A program made the position numbers and the translations under genes. Below, piece after piece: positions 29,821-39,871 of a stretch of DNA of 64,000 nucleotides. The DNA lies in NCBI GenBank assembly GCA_964012805.1, contig CAXGUD010000013.1, positions 32,880 to 96,879 of the forward strand, read 5' to 3'. Position 1 is the first letter of the stretch; each line of letters starts with the position of its first letter. The stretch comes from an uncultured Bacteriovoracaceae bacterium. GTDB taxonomy: Bacteria > Bdellovibrionota > Bacteriovoracia > Bacteriovoracales > Bacteriovoracaceae. The notes under the pieces were generated by a model. The model was not told the origin of the DNA and ran no database searches. It worked only from the letters and a program-made list of their open reading frames with translations.

Positions 29821-30995
29821 AACTCTCTCCCAAGGACAAGAGAGGTTTCTCCAAAGCGGCGCCTGACATCTTCCATAGCATCAAGAATGTCATCTCTTTT
29901 TTTCTTATTAACTTCACGAAAAAGTGGTAACTGAACTTCCTCTTGAACAAGCTCACAAAACTCCAAGGCCATATAATGAATCATTGTTCTTCTTTTTATC
30001 AATTGATGGAGGAGGTCTATTGCCACATTCGACAAAATATCCATATCGAGGCTTAATGCTTTAAGGGCCTTTTTCTTGTGAACAAATTTATAATCACTAT
30101 AGCGTATAAAAAGCTGAAGAGAGCCAGGATACTTACCATACCCTCTTAAAAAAAGAACACCACGGGACACGAGCCCCAAAAGAGCTTTTTGAATGCAAAT
30201 GAGGTCATTTGTCTCTTCTTCCAAATAGAGCCCTTCATAATGGCCCTCCTTTCTTGAGCTTTTTTGAATAGGGCTTAAGTCAACCCCCTTGGCCATTTCC
30301 AAAATAGGGAACGCATCATCTCCAAAGGCCACCTGTAAATAAAAGTGGTCAAGCTCCACAATATCCCTATTTGTATGGATATTAAGCTCATCACAAAGTG
30401 AGCTTTTACTCTTAGAGCTCCTCTTGAGTATTTTTTGAATAGGAGGGAGTACACTAACTGGTAAAGGGGCAAAGAAATCCTTCTCCCCTCCTCTTTTAAT
30501 AAAACAAATACCGTGATCCATTTCCTTCGTCTGAGCGGCGACTTTACTGACAAGTTTATTTGTTGCACCACCAAAAGATCCCTCTAAGTGAAATGAATCC
30601 AAAATACTCCTTTGAAGGTCTAGGGCCTTATCTGGAAGGTGGGGATAAAGGTGATCAAAGCCAGTCATATCTAAAAAAAAGCGTCCATGCCCTTCCACTT
30701 CATAAAGAGGAGTCGTCTTGGCAATAACTTTTTCCTCTAGGTCTTTGGCCACTCGAGAGTAGAGCTCTGGCCTTGGAGGGAGAACAACAAGATCTCTGCA
30801 CACCTTTTTTGCATGGGCCATGGGCATCCCTGGCAGAATCCCTGCCGACCTCGCTTCATCGGAAGACTCCCATACGGGCGCTCGGCCACTTTGAGGAGGA
30901 GCAATAACTAAAGGCCTTGACCTAAGGTTTGGTGATAACACCCTTTCAACGGCAATAGGAAACCTCGTTATATTGACATACAACACTTTTCTCAC
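29817..30995 (-). CDS. imuB: Catalytically inactive Y-family polymerase homolog (ImuB-like)
   Basis: DinB fold (F..AVE, TNKLVSKVA) but catalytic acidic residues are replaced (YVNIT; EGHG instead of SIDE). Clamp motif QLPLF present. Confidence 0.85.
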   Translation of the reverse strand: MRKVLYVNITRFPIAVERVLSPNLRSRPLVIAPPQSGRAPVWESSDEARSAGILPGMPMAHAKKVCRDLVVLPPRPELYSRVAKDLEEKVIAKTTPLYEVEGHGRFFLDMTGFDHLYPHLPDKALDLQRSILDSFHLEGSFGGATNKLVSKVAAQTKEMDHGICFIKRGGEKDFFAPLPVSVLPPIQKILKRSSKSKSSLCDELNIHTNRDIVELDHFYLQVAFGDDAFPILEMAKGVDLSPIQKSSRKEGHYEGLYLEEETNDLICIQKALLGLVSRGVLFLRGYGKYPGSLQLFIRYSDYKFVHKKKALKALSLDMDILSNVAIDLLHQLIKRRTMIHYMALEFCELVQEEVQLPLFREVNKKKRDDILDAMEDVRRRFGETSLVLGREF

Positions 30996-31063
30996 AAGAG
31001 AAGAACCTCTTTTTTCAATGTTTTAACTTATATCTAACAGACAACGAAAGACTTAAGTCTTTC

Positions 31064-31684
31064 TTAATAATGCCTCAAAAGACCCACAACGATCCCCTGT
31101 ATTTCAAAGGGACCGCCCCTTACAAAAAAGGGGGCCATTTTTTTATTAGCAGGATGAAGTTCAACCACACTTTTTTTTCGATAATACCGCTTAACAGTCG
31201 CCGCTCCATCAATAAGCGCCACAACAGTTTCGCCATTACGTGCTGTCGACTGATGCCTGACAACAATTAGATCTCCTTCCATAATGCCATCGTCGATCAT
31301 CGATTTTCCCTTCACAGAAAGAGCATAATACCTTCCTCCTCCAATCATCGACTGAGGAACAGCTATAAGTTCGCTCTGACTATCATCCCTTTGTACATCA
31401 AGAGGTCTCCCGGCAGCGACGCTCCCAAGAAGGGGAATAGATGCCGTAGGAGGCTCTTCACCAGGCGTTACGAGTTCAATCGCTTTTGACCCAACAGATT
31501 TTTGAAGAAAGCCTGCTTTTTTCAAGTAGCCTATATAGTCTTGGACAGAGCTTTTAGATTTAAGCCCAAAATAGTGCTGAATTTCGGAATAAGAGGGAGT
31601 ACGACCTTCCTCCTCATAATAATTCCTTATAAAGAGTAAAACCTCCTCTTGCTTTTTTGTAAGATGAGACAAACTTTCAACCAC
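31064..31684 (-). CDS. lexA: SOS repressor LexA
   Basis: LTKKQ wHTH, VAAG cleavage site, GKSM (Ser) and TVKR (Lys). GTG 31684 follows GGAG. Confidence 0.96.
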   Translation of the reverse strand: MVESLSHLTKKQEEVLLFIRNYYEEEGRTPSYSEIQHYFGLKSKSSVQDYIGYLKKAGFLQKSVGSKAIELVTPGEEPPTASIPLLGSVAAGRPLDVQRDDSQSELIAVPQSMIGGGRYYALSVKGKSMIDDGIMEGDLIVVRHQSTARNGETVVALIDGAATVKRYYRKKSVVELHPANKKMAPFFVRGGPFEIQGIVVGLLRHY

Positions 31685-31715
31685 TTTAGGCTCCAAATAA
31701 AGGTGATAAAAAACA

Positions 31716-31767
31716 TACGTACACTTTACGTACGATCGACTATAAAGAGTCCAAACATAAACGTAAA
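31716..31767 (-). promoter_or_regulatory. lexA promoter with candidate operator
   Basis: TTTACG(31767-62)-N17-TATAGT(31744-39). Palindrome CGTAC-N7-GTACG (31718-31734) sits over the predicted +1. Confidence 0.6.
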
Positions 31768-31797
31768 GCAATTTATTTAATGCTATTTGGAATTTTA

Positions 31798-32388
31798 CTA
31801 GGAGGCTTTTCCATTATTCTCGAGTTGCCATGAATCATAGGCTTTGCGGGTCGTTGTAAGAAAATCTCTGCTTTTTGACTCTTTACAAAAATAGCCATGG
31901 CACTTATTTAAGTCCCCTCTCTCTTCAAGAACCTCTTGATCATCAGCGCTCATGAGAACAACAGGACACTCTTTGTAAATGACGGCGCCAAGATCCACCC
32001 CACTCATCTTAGGCATATTTATATCAGCGACAACAATATCAAAATTTGGATTCTTCATCCAAATATCTAGTGCTTCTTTTCCATTGGTTGCGACAGTGAC
32101 ATCAACCCCTCTCTTTTTAAGGAAAAAAGAAAAAAATTTAGTCACATGGGGATCATCATCAGCTAATAAAATACTCGTAAAGGGAACCTTTTTAAGCATG
32201 ATCTCTCGACTTATTTCGAAAAGAGCAATCTTCCTCTTTGAAACATAGGAATAAATGAGAAGGCATAAAATAAAAATGAAAGGAATAAAGACAACAACGC
32301 GAAAAAAAACCGACGAAGAAATAATCAAGTCCCAAAAGGAGGATAAAAACCTCTCTACAGAAAGAATGTAAGAATCAAAGCTTTCCAT
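31798..32388 (-). CDS. Membrane-anchored single-domain response regulator
   Basis: N-terminal TM helix; LADDD, ADINMP and MSA receiver motifs. Confidence 0.85.
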   Translation of the reverse strand: MESFDSYILSVERFLSSFWDLIISSSVFFRVVVFIPFIFILCLLIYSYVSKRKIALFEISREIMLKKVPFTSILLADDDPHVTKFFSFFLKKRGVDVTVATNGKEALDIWMKNPNFDIVVADINMPKMSGVDLGAVIYKECPVVLMSADDQEVLEERGDLNKCHGYFCKESKSRDFLTTTRKAYDSWQLENNGKAS

Positions 32389-32806
32389 TATTCATACCTC
32401 TTCACAATCCCATTGATCTTAAAAATAGAAGGGCGCTAACTGACCGAGGCTTTGGCCCCCAATCAAACATCCACCATCACTTAACTAGATTGTGCACTTG
32501 ATTATAACCTATTAAACATTTTCTTAAACGCCATAATTAGGTTCAAAAAATTTTATGGACCCCTCTCATTTGGTCCCTTTTAGGCTCCAATTGGCCACTT
32601 TTGAGTAAAGTAAATCGTAGAAAAGTAGAATTTTTTATTGCTAATGGATGCCTATTTTTAACAAAAAATGACATCTTATTCCTTTCTTTGCCTATAGGCG
32701 GAGCCTGCTTTATAAGAGTGACAATCTCTTGAGATTCATGAAGAATCTTAGGGAACTCAACAAGAAAGATTGAACAAATGATCACTTTTTACAGAGGAGG
32801 GCACTT

Positions 32807-34483
32807 ATGTTGAATCACAAGTTTCTTAGAAAAAAATTTTTAATGGCAACAATCTGTGCCCTTTCCCTAACGGGAATCGGCTGTAGTAAAAAAGACGCTG
32901 CAGATGAATCCAAAAAGGTCGTGCTGAATGTCCAAAACGGGGAAGAAATCCGCCACCTCGATCCGCAGCTAGCGACAGGAATTGGCTCTGCCCACATCGG
33001 AGTAAACCTTTTTTTAGGCCTCTATGAATACCATCACAAAACAGGTGCTCCAGAAAAAGACTTAGTTGTTTCTTTCACTAAAAATCAAAGCTCCACAGAA
33101 TGGACTTTTAAACTTAGAAAAGATGCCAGCTGGGTTAAGCACGAAAACGGCACTGTCACGAAAAAAAGACCTGTAACAGCACACGATGTTGTTTTTTCCT
33201 ACAAAAGAATGCTTTCACCAGAGTTAGCGAGTGAATACGCTTATATGCTTTACGTTATCAAAAATGGTGAAGCCTACAATAAGGGTAAAATCAAAAATGC
33301 TGATGAAATCGGAGTTAAGGCCCTGGACGATTATACAGTTAAGTTAACTTTGGAAGGTCCTGTTCCCACTCTTATTAGTTATCTTCCCCACCACTCATTT
33401 CACCTTGTTCCGAAAGAGCCAATCCTAAAACACAAAGAAAAGTGGATCACAAAAGAGCATATCTGGACCAACGGACCATTTGCTTTTAAGGACTGGAAAC
33501 TTAAGGATAAAATTGTCCTTGTTAAAAACCCACATCATCCTATGAGCAAAGATGTTCAAGCAGATGAAGTTAATTTTAAATTTATTGGAGCTTACTCAAC
33601 TGATGCTGTAAGGGCCTTCCGCGCTGGTAAAATCGATATCGATTATATGTCTCCTCCAACATCAGAAATTGTTCCTCTTAAAAAGTCTGGCAATTTAGTG
33701 GCGGCAAGACAATTGGGGACATACTACATCATGGTGAATACGAAAAAAGAGGCCTTCAAGGATAAGAGAGTTCGTAAAGCCCTAGGTCTAGCAGTTGATA
33801 GAAAAAAAATCGTTAAGTACATCATGAAGGCCGGCCAGCAAGCGACCTACTCCCTTGTACCAAATGCTTTCCAAGGGTACGCGCCACAGCCTTTAACTAA
33901 AAATGACAACTATGAGGAAAGGATAAAAGAAGCTAAAAAGCTGATGGCCGAAGCTGGATATCCAGATGGTAAGGGTTTTCCTGAAGTTGGTTACCTATAC
34001 AACACTGCTGAAACACACCAAAAAGTTGCTGTTTCTGTCGCCAAGCAATGGGAGAATGCTCTTGGAGTAAAAATTAAACCATTAAACCAAGAATGGAAGG
34101 TTTATTTAAATTCAAGAAAGAGCTTTGATTATGATCTTGCGAGGGCCGGTTGGGTTGCCGACATGGAAGATCCTATTAACTTCCTTGATATGTTTGTCAC
34201 AGATGGTGGAAACAACAGTACAGGCTTTTCTCATGAAAAATACGATGAGCTTATAGGTAAGGCGAGAATTGAAAATGACCTTCAAAAAAGAAGTAGAATG
34301 CTGGAAGAAGCGGAAAAAATCCTTATGGATGAAGTTCCTGTGATTCCTCTTTTCACTTATACGTCTTTAAACTTAAAGCAGAAATATATTTCAGGATTCT
34401 ACGCAAACAAGCTCGATCAACATGCTCTTAAGTACGTTAAAATCGACTTGAAAAAGAGAAAGGAAATGTTTCCTTCTCTTTAA
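32807..34483 (+). CDS. oppA: Oligopeptide ABC transporter substrate-binding lipoprotein
   Basis: Lipobox GIGC, LDP, WTFKLR, TAHD, NGPF and RAGWVAD motifs. Confidence 0.95.
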   Translation: MLNHKFLRKKFLMATICALSLTGIGCSKKDAADESKKVVLNVQNGEEIRHLDPQLATGIGSAHIGVNLFLGLYEYHHKTGAPEKDLVVSFTKNQSSTEWTFKLRKDASWVKHENGTVTKKRPVTAHDVVFSYKRMLSPELASEYAYMLYVIKNGEAYNKGKIKNADEIGVKALDDYTVKLTLEGPVPTLISYLPHHSFHLVPKEPILKHKEKWITKEHIWTNGPFAFKDWKLKDKIVLVKNPHHPMSKDVQADEVNFKFIGAYSTDAVRAFRAGKIDIDYMSPPTSEIVPLKKSGNLVAARQLGTYYIMVNTKKEAFKDKRVRKALGLAVDRKKIVKYIMKAGQQATYSLVPNAFQGYAPQPLTKNDNYEERIKEAKKLMAEAGYPDGKGFPEVGYLYNTAETHQKVAVSVAKQWENALGVKIKPLNQEWKVYLNSRKSFDYDLARAGWVADMEDPINFLDMFVTDGGNNSTGFSHEKYDELIGKARIENDLQKRSRMLEEAEKILMDEVPVIPLFTYTSLNLKQKYISGFYANKLDQHALKYVKIDLKKRKEMFPSL

Positions 34484-34532
34484 GAATTTTCTCTTGAGTA
34501 AAGTTGGGTAAAGATTAAAAAAGGACATTAAC

Positions 34533-35447
34533 TTGTTTAGTAAAATTATCAAAAGGGTGCTGGCCTCCGTGGCCACCCTTTTTGCCATCATCACTGTATC
34601 TTTTTTCATGATGAAGTTCGCTCCTGGAGGCCCTTTTGACCAGGAAAAGTCTCCACCGGAGAATATAAGAAAAGCAATCATGGCCAAGTATCACCTTGAT
34701 AAGCCTCTTTATAAGCAATACTTCATTTACTTGGGAGGACTTGCCCAACTAGACCTGGGACCAAGTTTCAAAGTCGCCCACCTGACTGTCAACGAGGTCA
34801 TAAGTGAGGGCATAGGACCAACTTTAAAGCTTGGAGCGCTGGCCATGTTCATTGCCGTTAGCTTTGGACTTATTATTGGTCTTATTGCCGCCCTAAACCA
34901 CAACTCCTGGATGGATCATTTGGTTATGAGTACGGCCATGCTAGGGATCTCCATCCCCAATATGGTCTTAGCACCCATCCTCCTCCTCTTTCTAGGGATA
35001 AAGATGAGGCTTCTCCCCGTCTCAGGACTTGAGACAGCGAGTAGTTATATACTTCCGGCATTTTGCCTTTCCCTTTTTTTTATCGCCAATATAGCGAGGT
35101 TAACAAGAGGGTCTATGCTGGAAGTTTTAAGCTCAAATTATATAAGAACGGCCAGATCAAAAGGTCTGCCGACTTGGCATATAGTTATCTTCCATTGCCT
35201 TAAGCCGACACTTATTCCTGTTGTCAGCTATTTGGGACCAGCGACAGCGGGAATGCTCGCAGGCTCTCTTGTCATAGAAAAAATTTTCGTGATTCCAGGA
35301 ATTGGAAGGCAATTCGTCGACTCTGCTTTTGCCAGAGATTATACGATGGCACTCGGGATGATCCTCTTTTACTGTACGCTTGTCGTTTTCTTTAACGCTC
35401 TTGTTGACATCAGTTATATGTTTTTAGATCCGAAAATAAGAAAGTAG
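34533..35447 (+). CDS. oppB: Oligopeptide ABC transporter permease
   Basis: APGGPF, DLGPSF and YIRTARSKG motifs. Confidence 0.95.
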   Translation: MFSKIIKRVLASVATLFAIITVSFFMMKFAPGGPFDQEKSPPENIRKAIMAKYHLDKPLYKQYFIYLGGLAQLDLGPSFKVAHLTVNEVISEGIGPTLKLGALAMFIAVSFGLIIGLIAALNHNSWMDHLVMSTAMLGISIPNMVLAPILLLFLGIKMRLLPVSGLETASSYILPAFCLSLFFIANIARLTRGSMLEVLSSNYIRTARSKGLPTWHIVIFHCLKPTLIPVVSYLGPATAGMLAGSLVIEKIFVIPGIGRQFVDSAFARDYTMALGMILFYCTLVVFFNALVDISYMFLDPKIRK

Positions 35448-35494
35448 GCACTGTAAAGAATTAGAAAGAAACTTAGGGTGAAAAGGAATTAAGT

Positions 35495-36640
35495 ATGATT
35501 GCAGATCCAAAAAAATTAGATGAAAAGCTGAAGCGGTTGGATGAAAGCGATTTTGAAGAGGGAACGTCCCTTCTAGAAGATAGCGCACGAAAATTTAAAA
35601 AGAATAAAATGGCGGTTTTTGGCTGCTTCATGATTACTTTTCTTTTCCTCCTTTCACTTTTTGCAAAGCTTGTCACTCCCTACTCTTATGACGAAGGAAA
35701 ACTGGAAAATCAAAACTTTCCTCCAACGTGGTATAAATCATTCCTCCCTCAAACATTAAAAAGAGAGCTCCTTGATTACGGAAGACAGCAAAAAGAGGAA
35801 ACAAAGGGAGCTGAGGATGACTTTTTCAGTGATTTAGGTGGCGCTGAAGGCGCAAGTGACAGACCTTCCCTAAAACCATCCTCACTTAATTTCCTAGGGC
35901 AAATGGCCAATGGCTCTATCTCACACTTAGAAAAAGAGCACCTGATCACTTACCTCGAGATGCCCTTATCAGAGCACCTTTTAGGAACAGATGAACTTGG
36001 ACAAGATATTTTAAGCAGGCTTATCTACGGAATGAGGCTTTCACTCCTTCTAGCATTAACTGTGACAATTGTGAGTGTTTTTATTGGGATAGCTTATGGA
36101 TCTATTTCCGGATATTATGGAGGCTTGGTTGATCAAATTATGATGAGGTTTGTCGACTTTCTCTTTGGTGTCCCTTTTATCTTCCTGGTTATCCTCTTAA
36201 TGGTCTTTTTCGGAAGGCACGTTTTTTTAATCTTTGTAGGTCTTGGGCTAATTTACTGGATCGTATTGGCAAGGATTGTGAGGGGACAAATTTTGTCCTT
36301 AAAAGAAAAAGAGTTTGTCATGGCGGCCATCAGTAACGGCGTCAGTGAGAGAAAAATTATTTTTAAACATTTAGTTCCAAACGTTCTTGGACCAACTATT
36401 GTTTTTTCAACACTCTTAGTCCCCCAGATTATGCTGTTAGAAGCCTTTTTAAGTTTTATTGGACTTGGAATATCACCCCCTGACGTCAGTTTAGGAATCA
36501 TGATTAATGACGGTGCTTCGGTTTTAACGAGCTTTAGTTGGCCAATAATTTTTCCAGGCTTCATCTTCTCCCTCATGATTTTTTGTATGAATTTCATAGG
36601 AGATGGACTAAGAGACGCCCTTGATCCAAGGATCAGCTAA
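35495..36640 (+). CDS. oppC: Oligopeptide ABC transporter permease
   Basis: LGTDELGQD, EFVMAA and GDGLRDALDP motifs. Confidence 0.95.
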   Translation: MIADPKKLDEKLKRLDESDFEEGTSLLEDSARKFKKNKMAVFGCFMITFLFLLSLFAKLVTPYSYDEGKLENQNFPPTWYKSFLPQTLKRELLDYGRQQKEETKGAEDDFFSDLGGAEGASDRPSLKPSSLNFLGQMANGSISHLEKEHLITYLEMPLSEHLLGTDELGQDILSRLIYGMRLSLLLALTVTIVSVFIGIAYGSISGYYGGLVDQIMMRFVDFLFGVPFIFLVILLMVFFGRHVFLIFVGLGLIYWIVLARIVRGQILSLKEKEFVMAAISNGVSERKIIFKHLVPNVLGPTIVFSTLLVPQIMLLEAFLSFIGLGISPPDVSLGIMINDGASVLTSFSWPIIFPGFIFSLMIFCMNFIGDGLRDALDPRIS

Positions 36641-36681
36641 AGTTAAAAGAAAAGAAAGAAGAAAAAAAGAAGAGGCAAGCC

Positions 36682-37668
36682 ATGACAGAACCCATTTTAG
36701 AAGTAGAAAACCTTCACGTCGAATTCCATACCCATGAGGGTGTCGTTAAAGCCGTGAACGGTCTAAGTTATAAGGTCATGCCTGGTCAGACACTAGGAAT
36801 TGTGGGTGAATCAGGAAGTGGAAAATCAGTAAGCTCTATGGCCGTCATGGACCTTCTCCCAAAGCCACCCGCCATTATAAAGCCAGGCAGCTCAATAAAA
36901 ATTATGGGGAAAGAAGTTACGGGATTAAGCCCTCAAGAATTAAGGCACTATAGAGGAAACGTCATGAGCATGATCTTCCAAGATCCTATGACTTGTCTCA
37001 ACCCCTATAGACGAATAGATAAGCAAATGATTGAGGCCCAAGTTTACCATCAAGGGTCTACAAAAACGGAGGCCCTTAAGAAGGCCCAAGAAATGTTGGA
37101 ATATGTTCACATACCGGATGCTCTTACAAGACTCAAAGCTTACCCCCATGAGCTTTCTGGAGGGATGAGACAAAGGGTCATGATTGCCATGGCCTTAACT
37201 TGTGATCCAAAACTTATCTTTGCAGATGAACCGACAACGGCTTTAGATGTGACAGTTCAGGCACAAATCATGAAACTTTTTAAAGAAATTCAGGAGAAGT
37301 TTAAAACGGCCATTGTCCTTATCTCACACGACCTAGGGGTTATCTCTACTCAGTGTGATGAAATTGTCGTTATGTACGCAGGTCAGGTCATGGAGAGGGG
37401 GACACCAGAAGATATTTTTGAAAACCCAAAGCACCCTTATACAATGGCCTTAAAACGCTCCATACCCGAGCTTTACCCAGACGAGAATGAGTCAAAAACG
37501 CTCTATACAATTCCAGGCCTTCCACCGAACTTAATGAAATTGGGCGATGGATGTCCATTCGCCCCAAGGTGTGAAAACGTCATAGACTCCTGTACGGAAG
37601 GAATCATTCCAAACATCAATGTAAAAGAAAACCACGAAGCTCGTTGCTCTCTTTTAAAGGACAATTAA
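36682..37668 (+). CDS. oppD: Oligopeptide ABC transporter ATPase
   Basis: GESGSGKS, LSGGMRQR, DEPTT and CPFAPRC motifs. Confidence 0.95.
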   Translation: MTEPILEVENLHVEFHTHEGVVKAVNGLSYKVMPGQTLGIVGESGSGKSVSSMAVMDLLPKPPAIIKPGSSIKIMGKEVTGLSPQELRHYRGNVMSMIFQDPMTCLNPYRRIDKQMIEAQVYHQGSTKTEALKKAQEMLEYVHIPDALTRLKAYPHELSGGMRQRVMIAMALTCDPKLIFADEPTTALDVTVQAQIMKLFKEIQEKFKTAIVLISHDLGVISTQCDEIVVMYAGQVMERGTPEDIFENPKHPYTMALKRSIPELYPDENESKTLYTIPGLPPNLMKLGDGCPFAPRCENVIDSCTEGIIPNINVKENHEARCSLLKDN

Positions 37669-37669
37669 A

Positions 37670-38635
37670 ATGGCCCTACTTGAAGTCAACAACTTAAAAA
37701 TTTATTACCCTCTTGCTAAAAAGAACCTCTTTTCAAACGAGCCGCAAAAATATGTTAAAGCAGTTGATAACGTCAGCTTTAAAGTTGAACAGGGAAATGT
37801 CCTTGGGATTGTTGGAGAAAGTGGCTGCGGAAAATCATCATTGGCCAAAGGGATTATGAGGCTTACTCCTGTGATGTCAGGAGAAATCCTGCTGGATGGA
37901 GTCGATATCCTTTCCCTTAGTAGAAAGAACTTAAAGAGAGAAAGAAAAAATTTTCAAATGATCTTTCAAGACCCAGAGGCCTCGCTAAACCCGAGGCTCA
38001 CTGTTGGAGAAATTATTGCTGAACCTCTGCAAGTTTATGAAAACCTAAGTAAAAAAGAACTCCGCTTGAGAGTCCAGGAGCTTATGAGTCAGGTAGGTCT
38101 AAGCCCTTATATGATAAGGCGTTATCCACACGAATTTAGTGGTGGCCAAAGACAAAGGATTTGTATCGCTCGCTCCCTTTCTCTAAAACCTAAACTCATG
38201 GTTTGCGATGAAGCTGTCAGTGCTCTAGATGTTTCCATACAATCCCAGATTATTAATTTATTAAATGAACTTAAGGAAGAGCTTGGACTCACCTACCTTT
38301 TTATATCTCATGACCTTGCGGTCACAAGATATATAAGCGATCAAATTATGGTTATGTATCTTGGTAAAACTGTCGAATTCGGAAAAACAGAAGAGGTTAT
38401 GATATCACCAACTCACCCCTATACAAAGGCCCTTATAAGCGCCGTCCCACAATATAAAAAAGAGAAAGAGTCTCTTATGTTAGAGGGTGAAATTCCTTCT
38501 CCCATCAACCCCCCTTCGGGCTGCCCTTTTAATACAAGGTGCCCGATCGTCCAGAAAAAGTGTCTTGAAACAATGCCTCCCCTAGAAATTAAGGAAGGTC
38601 TTCAACAAGTGGCATGTTTTGAAGTTAAGGCATAA
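37670..38635 (+). CDS. oppF: Oligopeptide ABC transporter ATPase
   Basis: GESGCGKS, FSGGQRQR and SPINPPSGC motifs. Confidence 0.95.
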   Translation: MALLEVNNLKIYYPLAKKNLFSNEPQKYVKAVDNVSFKVEQGNVLGIVGESGCGKSSLAKGIMRLTPVMSGEILLDGVDILSLSRKNLKRERKNFQMIFQDPEASLNPRLTVGEIIAEPLQVYENLSKKELRLRVQELMSQVGLSPYMIRRYPHEFSGGQRQRICIARSLSLKPKLMVCDEAVSALDVSIQSQIINLLNELKEELGLTYLFISHDLAVTRYISDQIMVMYLGKTVEFGKTEEVMISPTHPYTKALISAVPQYKKEKESLMLEGEIPSPINPPSGCPFNTRCPIVQKKCLETMPPLEIKEGLQQVACFEVKA

Positions 38636-38679
38636 AAAAATTCTAAATATGTGCAAAAGGTAAAATATTGTTTTGATTT

Positions 38680-38712
38680 TTGAACAAGAGGTCCTTTAAA
38701 CCTCTTGTTCAA
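38680..38712. terminator. 12-bp hairpin between convergent oppF and lipoprotein gene
   Basis: TTGAACAAGAGG-N9-CCTCTTGTTCAA. Confidence 0.7.
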
Positions 38713-38722
38713 CATTTAAACA

Positions 38723-39568
38723 TTATTGAAGAAATGTTTCGAGAATAGACTCCATATGTTCAGGTGTTGTTTCATTGATATAAGCTGCTTTATGAATCAA
38801 TTCATCTAGACCCTCCCGCTCTCCCTCAAAGAAAGATGTAATTGCTTTATTAACTCTTTTGGAATCAAGGCCAATAACTCTTTTAGAAAAAATATCCTGA
38901 TCAGCTTCTGTTAAGGCCCTTGTCTTTTTAAGACGATTGTAGCTTTTTAATAACCTCGCGACCTCTTTAGACCTTTTTTCTGAAAGACCAAACTCATGTG
39001 AAAAATATCCTGAGAGATTTTGGTTAGAATAAGCCTCCACTCTTTGCCCCATTTTTTCTAGGTCTTTACCAAAGTTTCCCTTTTCCTCAAAAACCATATT
39101 ATTTCCTAGGTTTGTGTAAGTCGTAATAGTCCTCAAGACTTCTCTTGTATCCCAATATCCATCATCAACCCAAACCGTTTCGTACTGATAATCTTGTAAT
39201 TCTTCATCCCAATACTCTCTCTCCTGCCACCCTGATTGATCAACCCAAAAACTTTCGCTAACCCATTTTGTTTCTTCCGCCTTAGACAAGTTTCTTTGTA
39301 CATCACCTTCTCTTGCTTGCCCCAAGTACTGTGAGAGGCTCATCTCTTCATTAAAATTTTTCGTATTATAAGCCGTATAAACACCTGTAGCATTATTTCG
39401 AATAACGATATAGCCTGTTACTTTGGTTGATGACTTAACAACATCATGCTGGATACCTGTATCCTGCGTAAGCTTTTCTGCTAAACTCACCCCCTTTTTT
39501 GTGCCTCCTCCACAAGCAGCAAGAAAAAACATAAGAAACATTATTTTAAAGCTGAGACCTAATTTCAT
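38723..39568 (-). CDS. Hypothetical lipoprotein
   Basis: AGGAGG RBS, lipobox LAAC, Trp/acidic central insert. Confidence 0.8.
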   Translation of the reverse strand: MKLGLSFKIMFLMFFLAACGGGTKKGVSLAEKLTQDTGIQHDVVKSSTKVTGYIVIRNNATGVYTAYNTKNFNEEMSLSQYLGQAREGDVQRNLSKAEETKWVSESFWVDQSGWQEREYWDEELQDYQYETVWVDDGYWDTREVLRTITTYTNLGNNMVFEEKGNFGKDLEKMGQRVEAYSNQNLSGYFSHEFGLSEKRSKEVARLLKSYNRLKKTRALTEADQDIFSKRVIGLDSKRVNKAITSFFEGEREGLDELIHKAAYINETTPEHMESILETFLQ

Positions 39569-39871
39569 TGACTTCCTCCTTTTAAAAATAAGAAACGACC
39601 GAAGTGGCATCTAATAGGACTAAAGAAGAACTGATAACCTCCCTACTCATTTTTTTATTCACAAATGTGAACAAAAGCCAGATAAAGGCCAAGACGAAAC
39701 GATAAATTTTTATTAGCTTCTCTTGTTTCATTTTAAAAAGGAAAAAAAGGTACTCTCTGAGCAGGTCTTCAAAACAATATTTGCAATGAGAGGAAAAAAA
39801 AGAAAGCAAAACCTATGAGTATGGCCCCTTCAGGAGTTAAAAAAGATGAAGTATATTTATTAACTCATTAA

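Noticed and set aside
29817..30995. Active DNA polymerase IV (dinB)
   Set aside because: The catalytic carboxylates are missing, so it is called ImuB-like.
32420..32480. c-di-GMP-I riboswitch-like GCCAAAGCC string on the minus strand
   Set aside because: The GGCAAA/GNRA P2 element and a closing P1 could not be built.
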